A stretch of 64,000 bases of DNA. Source: Arenicellales bacterium. Its GTDB lineage: Bacteria; Pseudomonadota; Gammaproteobacteria; Arenicellales; JAJDZL01. Positions 48,001 to 55,452 of the stretch are shown piece by piece. A program made the translations under genes and the position numbers. The stretch is from assembly GCA_965202615.1 (NCBI GenBank), contig OZ241837.1, positions 136,347 through 200,346 on the forward strand, in the 5' to 3' direction. Position 1 is the first letter of the stretch. The number at the start of each line of letters is the position of its first letter. The notes under the pieces are model-generated. The model did no database searches, had not been told where the DNA came from, and saw only the letters and a program-made list of their open reading frames with translations.

Positions 48001-48190
48001 CAAATCGAACGTCCTGTTGTTTGTCCGAGAACGCAGCAAGGATGGTCGTGGATTAGCCCTTCCTTTCCATTGCCTTGGTCGGATCTTCTACAAGCGGCAT
48101 GAGTCAGAGCGACCTATGAAAATTATTTGGGAATTAGAACGACCAATGCCGGGTTGGTTATTTCAGGCGGGAAAAGCGGTAGCGGGTTGA
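45059..48190 (+). CDS. PLD(HKD) nuclease - SF2 DExH helicase - DUF3427 fusion protein (candidate defence effector)
   Basis: The 1043-aa product has the HKD motif RLHAKAWLF...YIGSSNLT (aa ~216-241). Helicase motifs are Walker A AATGVGKT (345-352), DEFH (438-441), TAT (464-466) and QQLGRGLR (640-647). The C-terminal block LFFVTLEKSEKDFSPMTRYADYPISPTLFHWESQ is DUF3427-like. An SD GAGGAG precedes the ATG. Confidence 0.85.
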   Translation: MTRIVHPGLYEHLLTSALEAEIKARKEEGWHMDCDLADSTVRSEILARHVYQLVRRVLDGFSNDENTQTTKQIELVNNLVDTLSDHGITKDDRVAEAAQLLIEAIDRPGLKSTPLPRPTLSLRRTGLLVNSRRDVQMAREVVHEIPTADRIDLLCAFVRNTGLRLFQDELKARAQEGVPVRVITSVYTGTTERRALDKLVELGATVKVSYDTTRTRLHAKAWLFHRKSGLHTAYIGSSNLTHTAQVDGLEWNVRVSVVENPEVIERFEATFEQYWQEPEFNDYIPERHAEKLDDVLSKQRGGGKGENNFPLPLIVDVEPKSHQTVALEALKAERLRGFNRNLVVAATGVGKTWIAAFDFLELQKQNSMRSLLFVAHREEILQQSRQVFQLVLREASFGELLVAGQRPQVGSFIFASVQSLKNRLDDIEPEDFDVVIVDEFHHAAAKSYEQLLTRLKPKVLLGLTATPERTDGKSVLEWFDGRIAFESRLWDALDQGLLCPFHYFGINDPTDLSSIAFERGRYVQEELDNVLSGDHIRAQRIRQALEKYVSEPREMRALGFCAGVDHAHFMADQFERFGYPSVALDANTPRGERHRARNQLREGKIRIIFTVDLFNEGVDLPEVDTVLMLRPTESPTVFLQQLGRGLRWSKEKQVLTVLDFVGQVRTEYRYDIRYRALLGGTRHQVRQAIEADFPFLPLGCVLKLDSIAKDTVLNNLRQAVHNARVNMVNDLRNLGPDARLKEFMREANIELEEIYSKPNSGHCFSQLRLQANFTDDTDLPDHYNSIFKTLGRMIHVDDLERLENWRKILESNNSSPISSLRGREYRLGLMLFGVLEGNRRSISEADQIVNDIRESTELRREVCDLLEVLSDRIRTVPEPASSLDEVPLASHATYTRGEIMAAYERFDKNGRIFLPREGVLWDKSTNTDLFFVTLEKSEKDFSPMTRYADYPISPTLFHWESQNSTSPNTASGRRYIEQSTRKSNVLLFVRERSKDGRGLALPFHCLGRIFYKRHESERPMKIIWELERPMPGWLFQAGKAVAG

Positions 48191-48457
48191 ATTGTTCAAT
48201 TAAAAATTCATTTGCACAAACGGGAAATTCGAATTAGAAATTGGAACAGCCACACCAGCCGACAACCCATGGTCTCGATGACGCCATTCTCAAGGCGGAA
48301 TTGGATTTTTGTTGGTACCTCAAATTCCTGACTTTGACATCATTGCTTTGTTCTATCGAATTGTCTCTTTTGACAAAAATTGGCTAGGTTTTCGTAATCA
48401 ATTAGCGATAGGATGGCGGCAATTTGTCCCAAAATCCGAATAAAAGAATCGCGTAAC

Positions 48458-49051
48458 TTATCGTTTGCTAAAAATCTTATCCGCATTGATGATGGAAATG
48501 GCCATTTCAGAAATCGTGACTTGCTTGTTCATTGCTTCTGTTCTGATAAGCGCGTAAGCGTCATCCACTGTAATTTTCTGATGCTCAGCCAATATTCGAG
48601 TCGCTCTCTCGACCGACCTGCGTGCCTTAAGCGTCTCATCCAATTTTGCTATTCGTGCATTCAGTCTCCCCTCATACTTGTAGATGGATAAGGCGGTGAG
48701 CAATTTCGCCAATACCCCGATCGGGCGAATGGGTTTAGTTATCACGCCATGGACACCAGTATTCGTAATCGATTGCAGAATAAGTGGATTTTCGTATGAA
48801 ATGATCGCAATTAATGCTGACTGGTGCCAGTCACTCAAATAACCGAGACTGTCAGATTGACTTGGGTCCGCCAGGAAAAATATGGCATCGGCCCCGTTCA
48901 GTGCAGCTTCCTGAAACGGCCATACTTCACTTACCCGACAACCAATTCTTTGCAGTTGAAGCGAAAGATTCTTCTGATCTTCATCAATCGGATGAACTAC
49001 AACAACTTTGGTATTTCGAACGTCACGGATGAACCGATCATTTACGGTCAC
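48458..49051 (-). CDS. amiR: ANTAR-domain antiterminator response regulator AmiR
   Basis: The 197-aa product is collinear with P. aeruginosa AmiR as I remember it (LQLQRIGCRV..., C-terminal ANTAR helix region RSVERATRILAEHQKITVDDAYALIRTEAMNK). It starts with GTG. Confidence 0.85.
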   Translation of the reverse strand: MTVNDRFIRDVRNTKVVVVHPIDEDQKNLSLQLQRIGCRVSEVWPFQEAALNGADAIFFLADPSQSDSLGYLSDWHQSALIAIISYENPLILQSITNTGVHGVITKPIRPIGVLAKLLTALSIYKYEGRLNARIAKLDETLKARRSVERATRILAEHQKITVDDAYALIRTEAMNKQVTISEMAISIINADKIFSKR

Positions 49052-49084
49052 TAGTAGCTCCTCAATGACACATTGCCAATATCT

Positions 49085-50242
49085 TTAGATTGTAGCAATA
49101 GTTCTGTCATAAGCGACAAGATAGGGGTCTGGTTTTACGGGTTGCGGAGCTTGCCAAACAACCTCAAAAGTTCCATCTGCCGTGGAGCGTCCGATGCGAG
49201 GCGTGACGTAAACGTGGTTGTTATCCGGGTCTATCTTGATTCTTCCTTGTGGAGCTTCAAATTGTGCGCCTTTTATCGCGCTCAACAATACCTCAGGTGA
49301 ATGATTGTTAATTTGTGCCAGCGCCCGAGCCAAAATACGGACTTGTGAATACGCAGTTTCCGAGTAGACGCACGGCAGGTCGTCAACTCCAAACTTCGAT
49401 TGGTACCGGGAAAGAAACTCCTGGTTTGCATCCGTATCGATGGACTGGAAATAGGGTAGCGAAGTTATATGGCCCACTCGGGAATCAACGCTCATGCATG
49501 ACAATTCACTTTCGCTTGTTGTCAGGCTGGCTATTGGACATTTGTTCGGATCAATACCCTTGCTATGACAGGCCTCGTATAACTTTGCAGTATCGTTTCC
49601 CACAACAGTCGAAAGGATTACGCTTGAACCGGATTCGGCCAGTTTTTCAGCAGCGAGGTGAAAGAGTTCTTCGTTGGCGCTCAAAGGTAGATAGAATTCA
49701 GTGGTGGCAACGCCATTGCTTTCGACCAGAAACTCCTTTACGATTCGGTTAATTTCGTGGGGAAAGATGTAATCCGATCCAACGAGGGCAAACTTCTTCC
49801 CATAATTTTTAAAGAGAAATTCCACTAGTGGAACAACCGTTTGATTGGGCGTTGCCCCAGCGTACACAATGTTGGGCGAATATTCAAACCCCTCATAGAA
49901 AGATGGATAAAAGAGCAATACCCCGTGTCGTTCGACAATTGGGAGCAGTGCTTTGCGGCTAGCCGACGCGCAACATCCAAAGATCACTGATACTTGATCC
50001 TGAATGAGTAGTTTCTTCGCCAATTCCCGATAAATGGTCGGATCCGATTTCGGATCTTCCACGATGTAATGCAGAGGCAACCCACCAATTCCGCCATTCT
50101 CATTAATTTCATCGATGGCCATCAAGGTGCCTTTTAGGTGTGCTTTTTCAGTAACTGCCATTGGGCCATCTTGTGAGAAAAGCACCCCAATGGAAATCTG
50201 GGAATCGTTTCCAGAACTAATACTGGTTTTGTTCCTTGCCAT
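49085..50242 (-). CDS. amiC: amide-sensing negative regulator AmiC (periplasmic-binding-protein fold)
   Basis: The 385-aa product is strongly collinear with P. aeruginosa AmiC (YEGFEYSPNIVY, IASLTTSE, PDPYLV). Confidence 0.85.
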   Translation of the reverse strand: MARNKTSISSGNDSQISIGVLFSQDGPMAVTEKAHLKGTLMAIDEINENGGIGGLPLHYIVEDPKSDPTIYRELAKKLLIQDQVSVIFGCCASASRKALLPIVERHGVLLFYPSFYEGFEYSPNIVYAGATPNQTVVPLVEFLFKNYGKKFALVGSDYIFPHEINRIVKEFLVESNGVATTEFYLPLSANEELFHLAAEKLAESGSSVILSTVVGNDTAKLYEACHSKGIDPNKCPIASLTTSESELSCMSVDSRVGHITSLPYFQSIDTDANQEFLSRYQSKFGVDDLPCVYSETAYSQVRILARALAQINNHSPEVLLSAIKGAQFEAPQGRIKIDPDNNHVYVTPRIGRSTADGTFEVVWQAPQPVKPDPYLVAYDRTIATI

Positions 50243-50289
50243 GCGAAACTATATGAGAGGAAATATTTTCGATTGTGCGTAAAAGGATG

Positions 50290-51687
50290 CTAATTGGGTT
50301 TCATCTCGTGCCACGTGGTTAATTTCTGAAATTGATCTGCAACAGCGATGATTTTACTTTCCCGGAAAGCGGCACCGACCAGCATTAACCCAATTGGAAG
50401 CCCTTTGTCATCGTACCCACAGGGAATGGAAATTGCGGGCAATCCACAGGAGTTGGCAATCCATGCGATGGATGTCATCGCATCTTGAGAGGAAATCGAA
50501 CTGCCATTTATATTCAGCGTGTGCTCTCCAATTCTCGGGGCTGTTGTCGGCAGAGTCGGCATTGCGATCATGTCATATTGCTCGAAGATTGCGCCGATTT
50601 TTTGATTGAGTAGTGTACGGTACTGCTGGGCCTTAAGGTAACTTTGGGCGGAAAGACATCTTCCCGCTTCGATTTGCACTCTCACATTGTCAGAGTATTT
50701 TTCCGGGCATTCGGAAAGAAATCGCGCGTGATATGTGGCTGCCTCGCTATGAAGAATTATTTTCCATGCGCCAAAACCGGTGCTTAATCCCGGAATAGTT
50801 ACATCTTCAACTATCCCTCCCTCTTCTTCCAGATTGCTTAACGCCGCTTCAACGGCGGCGACAACAACGGGGGCAGTGACAATTTCGTCACTGCGAAGAG
50901 CGGCGATTCGAACCTGATTTCCGGGTCGCTGAACTTGATTGTATTGGCTTATTCCGAACGTTGTAGGGTCTCTAGGGTCTTCTCCGGACATGACTTTAAG
51001 CAATAGATCGAGATCCCGCGCAGAACGCGCCATGGGTCCAGCGGTGTCAAGTGTCCAAGACAATGGGAGAATCCCAGCTCGACCGACACGTCCAAAAGTC
51101 GGTTTCAGACCGCTTACGCCGCACGCGGCCGACGGAATTCGTACAGAACCTCCCGTGTCGCTTCCCAAGGCAGCAGGGACCATTCTTGCCGCCAATGCTG
51201 CGCCTGACCCTCCGCTAGAACCTCCGGTAATGTGATCATTGTTCCATGGATTACAGGCAGCCCCGAATATAGAAACTTCATTGGTTGCGCCATAGGCCCA
51301 TTCGTGCATATTTGTCTTTCCGATTATGACTGCACCGGAAGCGCGAAGCTTTGAAACGACTGTAGAATCCGTACCATTGGGTTGACCCAAATGCACCTTC
51401 GAACAGGCTGTAGTCGGAAAATCCGCGGTGTAGTAGTTGTCTTTGACCGCGATTGGAATACCATGAAGCGAACCGGCAAATTGTCCATTTGTTGCTTGCA
51501 TATCATAGGTTTGGGCTTGCTCCAGTGCCCATTCAGCGTTGATTGCGACAAACGCATTTGTCGATTCTTGAGTCTCCTCTATGCGGTCGAGACATTGCTG
51601 AACCAATTCCGTAGCGGTTATTTCACGGTCATGAATCAACTTCCGCAATGCGACCAAATCAAGTTCATTTAGTGCACTCTTGTTCAT
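50290..51687 (-). CDS. amidase-signature (GatA-like) amidase
   Basis: The 465-aa product has the AS motif GGSSGGSGAALAA...GSDTGGSVRIPSA and the catalytic Lys context IAVKDN. Confidence 0.9.
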   Translation of the reverse strand: MNKSALNELDLVALRKLIHDREITATELVQQCLDRIEETQESTNAFVAINAEWALEQAQTYDMQATNGQFAGSLHGIPIAVKDNYYTADFPTTACSKVHLGQPNGTDSTVVSKLRASGAVIIGKTNMHEWAYGATNEVSIFGAACNPWNNDHITGGSSGGSGAALAARMVPAALGSDTGGSVRIPSAACGVSGLKPTFGRVGRAGILPLSWTLDTAGPMARSARDLDLLLKVMSGEDPRDPTTFGISQYNQVQRPGNQVRIAALRSDEIVTAPVVVAAVEAALSNLEEEGGIVEDVTIPGLSTGFGAWKIILHSEAATYHARFLSECPEKYSDNVRVQIEAGRCLSAQSYLKAQQYRTLLNQKIGAIFEQYDMIAMPTLPTTAPRIGEHTLNINGSSISSQDAMTSIAWIANSCGLPAISIPCGYDDKGLPIGLMLVGAAFRESKIIAVADQFQKLTTWHEMKPN

Positions 51688-51688
51688 G

Positions 51689-51889
51689 TCATCCTCTCTC
51701 GTTGTTGCCGGAATTTACTACTGAAAATCGGATGTCGGGTTCAGCCCACGATACATCATCCAGGGACCTGTCAGTTTCGTCTGCCTCAATCAGGATTGCC
51801 AGGACTTTATCGATTTGATCATTCGAGAGAGGCTCCCAACCTTTCTGCATACGGTACTTAATCAAGTTTTCTTTTGTCCAATTTGCCAT
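51689..51889 (-). CDS. 66-aa protein translationally coupled to the amidase; possible GatC/AtzG-like accessory subunit
   Basis: The ORF has an ATG with an SD (GGGAGA). Its stop lies 1 nt before the amidase ATG, and the amidase SD sits inside its 3' end. The acidic helical pattern LSNDQIDKVLAILIEADETDRSLDDVSWAEPDIRF recalls GatC. Confidence 0.55.
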   Translation of the reverse strand: MANWTKENLIKYRMQKGWEPLSNDQIDKVLAILIEADETDRSLDDVSWAEPDIRFSVVNSGNNERG

Positions 51890-51901
51890 GATAGTCTCCC
51901 G

Positions 51902-52615
51902 TTACACTCCTAGCAGTTCATGCAGGAGGGCTTCATTAGTGAGAAGGTGTTCTTTTGAAGTTTCATGCGTAATCGTTCCGTTGTTGAGGATATAGGCCCG
52001 TTCCACCAAGGAAAGGCAAAAATCAAGGTTCTGTTCGGCGATCAAGATTGAAAGTCCGCGTTCGTTGTTGAAACGGCGGAGAATTGCTGCGATTTCATCA
52101 ATGATCGTCGGTTGCACCCCTTCGGTCGGTTCGTCGAGAAGAATAACTTTGGGCTTCGTAGCCAGGGCTCGTGCAATGGACAGAATCTGCTGCTGTCCTC
52201 CGCTCAGGTTGCCCGCCAAGGAATCCTTTTTTTCTTCGAGAATCGGGAAATCGACATAGGCCTCATTGATAGCGGCTTTCTTGTCATGCCCGCAGGCAAT
52301 TGCAGCAGCGGCGATATTTTCAGAAACACTCAACCGTGGAAATACAAAACGTCCTTGGGGAACATAGCCCAGTCCTTTTTTGACTCTTTTCGAAGTGGAG
52401 GCCGGCAGTGTCTTTCCGTTAATTGACACAGACCCTCCAAAGCTATCAATTAACCCCATTGCGTATTTCATGAGTGTCGACTTACCCGCTCCATTACGCC
52501 CAAGGAGAGCAACAATTTCAGCCTCGCCCACCGTCAGTGATGAGTCGTAAACAATTGTCGTTTTCTTGTATCCGCCCCTAGCTTCAGATATCTCGAACAC
52601 TTTCTCGCCTCCCAA
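51902..52615 (-). CDS. branched-chain/urea-type ABC transporter ATP-binding protein (LivF/UrtE-like)
   Basis: The product has Walker A GRNGAGKST, the signature LSGGQQQ and Walker B ILLDEP. The exact start is uncertain (TTG at 52615 or GTG at 52600). Confidence 0.85.
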   Translation of the reverse strand: MGGEKVFEISEARGGYKKTTIVYDSSLTVGEAEIVALLGRNGAGKSTLMKYAMGLIDSFGGSVSINGKTLPASTSKRVKKGLGYVPQGRFVFPRLSVSENIAAAAIACGHDKKAAINEAYVDFPILEEKKDSLAGNLSGGQQQILSIARALATKPKVILLDEPTEGVQPTIIDEIAAILRRFNNERGLSILIAEQNLDFCLSLVERAYILNNGTITHETSKEHLLTNEALLHELLGV

Positions 52616-54443
52616 GATATATATCTAAAACTTGATCATTCTTTTGCAGCTCCTCGATTTCGGCTTGGGCAAAAATTGCACCCTGATGCAGGACGGTCAC
52701 CTCCGCATCCAATGTTCGTACAAAGTCCATATCATGTTCTACAACAACAACTACGGCTTTCTTGGCGAGAGAGCGAACCAGTTTAGAAAGCTGATTTCTT
52801 TCATTTTTAGTCATGCCAGCCGCTGGTTCATCCAACAGAATCACATCTGGAGACAGGCACAGCACCATTCCAATATCAAGCCACTGCTGCTCGCCGTGAG
52901 ACAGTGTAGACGCCGGGCGGGCGGCAAGTTCGGACATATCCAACATCTTCATCATGTTGTCGGAGGTGAAGTTGGCCTTCTCTTTATCTCTCTTCCGGCT
53001 GTAGGCAGCAATCCAAAGGTTCTGTTGAACAGTAAGTTCATCAAAGACCTGCGCTACCTGCATCTTGATACCAAGGCCGTAATTCACTCGCTGAAACTGG
53101 CCGATTTTGGTGATATCTTTGTCGCCCAATAGTACCTGTCCCGCATCAGGTTTGTATGTTCCGGTGCAAATTTTTAAGTAGGAACTTTTGCCTGCACCAT
53201 TCGGCCCGATGATGCATCGAACTCTACCTGGTTCAAACGTTTGAGAGATATGATCGACTGGAGTTACACCTCCGAAACTTTTCAAAGTATCGACTGTTCG
53301 AAGTGTCAGCACTGATCCATCTACGGCATTAGTTTGCAGATTATCCAGAAGTTCAAAATTTATTTGGATGGCAGAACTGGTGGCTTTGGAGTCGCTTTCC
53401 ATTGGGGCACGTCGAAACAAATGGTCGTACGCCATCTGCAATCCACCCACAATTCCTTTTCGTAAAAATAGCACCAATAGAATCAGGCAAACTCCCATGA
53501 CGAGTGTTGTCTGTCCGCCAATCGCACCTCCACCGAGCCAGAAAGAAAGTCCACCGACTGTGAGAGCACCTATGAATGGCCCGACAAGCGTTCCGAGCCC
53601 CCCTACCAGCACATAAATGGGCACCAATAGCGCTTCGTAAACACTGAAAATTGAAGGGTTCAGATAGTTTGCCCATGCACCGAACATGGCACCTGCAATT
53701 CCAGCGACCGCTCCGGAAAACATGAAAAGAACGAGTTGAAATTTTCGGATGTCATATCCCAGCAGTTCCGCCTTTACAGGATCAAGACGAATGCAGTCGA
53801 CAATCAGGCCGAAATGCGACCGTACGATCACCTGTGCAATCAAAAATACTATTGCTGAAACCAGTACGACGAATAGAAACATCATATTCGGGTCTAGCGA
53901 ACTGGCCTTTGCCCCAAAATCTATAACGAAGCTTGGAATATTCGACATACCGTTATCGCCGCCGACTACTGCATCCCCGATTTTCGTTGTATAGGAAATT
54001 GACCCTGTCCAGAGAATCAATGTCAACGTGTAAGTCAATATGCAACTTTGAAAAGGTCCCATTCGACCGTAGAAGATAAACCATCCGACCAATGTAGCCA
54101 TAATCAAGCCGGTGATTGCTCCAAACGGCATAGTCCAAATTACGGTATTGCCGGTCAGTGGCGCGAAATTAATCGCAGCGATACTGCCGACGTAGCCGCC
54201 AACGCCATAAAATGCCGTTTGGCCTAGGCTAAGCAACCCGCCACGTCCCCAAACCAAGTCCAGGCTTAAACCCAGGAGACCGAATATGATCCAGGAAGTA
54301 CCGACATAAGCAAGGTAAGGGTCAATCCAGAAAGAAGCCAGGGAAAAAACAGCAGCAACCAGAACCGCTGGTATCCACCAAGCATCAAGGAATGACCATG
54401 CAGCCCTTTTGGACAGTGGATAAAGTACTTTTTCCTTATTCAT
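52584..54443 (-). CDS. fused ABC permease (LivM/UrtC-like) and ATPase (LivG/UrtD-like)
   Basis: In the 619-aa product the N-terminal ~330 aa are polytopic. The C-terminal ~270 aa carry GPNGAGKSS, LSHGEQQ and ILLDEP. Confidence 0.85.
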   Translation of the reverse strand: MNKEKVLYPLSKRAAWSFLDAWWIPAVLVAAVFSLASFWIDPYLAYVGTSWIIFGLLGLSLDLVWGRGGLLSLGQTAFYGVGGYVGSIAAINFAPLTGNTVIWTMPFGAITGLIMATLVGWFIFYGRMGPFQSCILTYTLTLILWTGSISYTTKIGDAVVGGDNGMSNIPSFVIDFGAKASSLDPNMMFLFVVLVSAIVFLIAQVIVRSHFGLIVDCIRLDPVKAELLGYDIRKFQLVLFMFSGAVAGIAGAMFGAWANYLNPSIFSVYEALLVPIYVLVGGLGTLVGPFIGALTVGGLSFWLGGGAIGGQTTLVMGVCLILLVLFLRKGIVGGLQMAYDHLFRRAPMESDSKATSSAIQINFELLDNLQTNAVDGSVLTLRTVDTLKSFGGVTPVDHISQTFEPGRVRCIIGPNGAGKSSYLKICTGTYKPDAGQVLLGDKDITKIGQFQRVNYGLGIKMQVAQVFDELTVQQNLWIAAYSRKRDKEKANFTSDNMMKMLDMSELAARPASTLSHGEQQWLDIGMVLCLSPDVILLDEPAAGMTKNERNQLSKLVRSLAKKAVVVVVEHDMDFVRTLDAEVTVLHQGAIFAQAEIEELQKNDQVLDIYLGRRESVRDI

Positions 54444-54458
54444 TGGAGAATCTTGCGA

Positions 54459-55325
54459 TTAGAGTTTCATTCGCCAGCGACCGGAAATTCCTAATGGGAA
54501 AATTCGCAGTATCGCGATGGTTAGGAAGAAGAAAACAAAGTCACCAACGACGCTTGTCCAAAAGCTTGCGGTGATATTGCCAATCGTACCTAAAGCACCC
54601 CCAACTACAACCGTGCCTGTCAAAGTAACCGGCCCAGCTGCCACAACGGCCAAGAAAGCCTTGACGACATATGCGAATCCCATGTTTGGGGTGGCTGGAA
54701 TTGCCGGAAGCAGGATTGCGCCTGCGAACCCTGCCAGTCCAGAACCAAGTGCAAAAGTAATTGTGTTTATGCGCGAAGATTCAATTCCTATAGCGGATGC
54801 TGTTTCACTGTCCTGAATTGCCGCACGTGCAGTAATTCCATACCCAGTTTTCGTAAGCAGCCAGTACAGTCCGCTAATCAAGAGCGCTGCAACCACAATC
54901 AAAAACAGCAAATAAGATGAGATCGAGTAGTCGCCGATTTGCACATTGGAAATTGGAAGTCCGATACCGGGGGTGACTGAACCGAATATCAAAACTGCTG
55001 ATTGATACAAAACGAGACTGAGTCCCCACGTTGCCAACAGAGTGTCGAGAATGCGACCGTAGAGGTGGCGAATGATCAGCCGTTCGACCAACCCTCCAAA
55101 AAGAGCAGTCGCCAGGCAAGCAAATATTACGGCAATCGGATATGGAATTCCGATTTGTGTCGCAAACAGGGCGGCGTAAGCACCGAACATGATGAACTCG
55201 CCGTGGGCCAAATTGATAACGCCCATCAGACCAAACATAACAGCCAGTCCAATTGTTGCGATCAGCAGAATTGACGCACTTGACAATGATGACAAGAGAA
55301 CTGTTGCGATATAGTCGAGTTCCAT
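54459..55325 (-). CDS. ABC transporter permease (LivH/UrtB-like)
   Basis: The 288-aa polytopic product looks LivH-like. Confidence 0.85.
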   Translation of the reverse strand: MELDYIATVLLSSLSSASILLIATIGLAVMFGLMGVINLAHGEFIMFGAYAALFATQIGIPYPIAVIFACLATALFGGLVERLIIRHLYGRILDTLLATWGLSLVLYQSAVLIFGSVTPGIGLPISNVQIGDYSISSYLLFLIVVAALLISGLYWLLTKTGYGITARAAIQDSETASAIGIESSRINTITFALGSGLAGFAGAILLPAIPATPNMGFAYVVKAFLAVVAAGPVTLTGTVVVGGALGTIGNITASFWTSVVGDFVFFFLTIAILRIFPLGISGRWRMKL

Positions 55326-55452
55326 TGAGTTAAATCGCTACTGAGCCCTATTTGTTTCAGCTAACGAGTGACGGTTGATTCAGAAATTAGTGCGGGTAAC
55401 AGTTGAATGTTACCCGCACCCTAACACATTTAGGGAAAAACGCCGATAGCAA

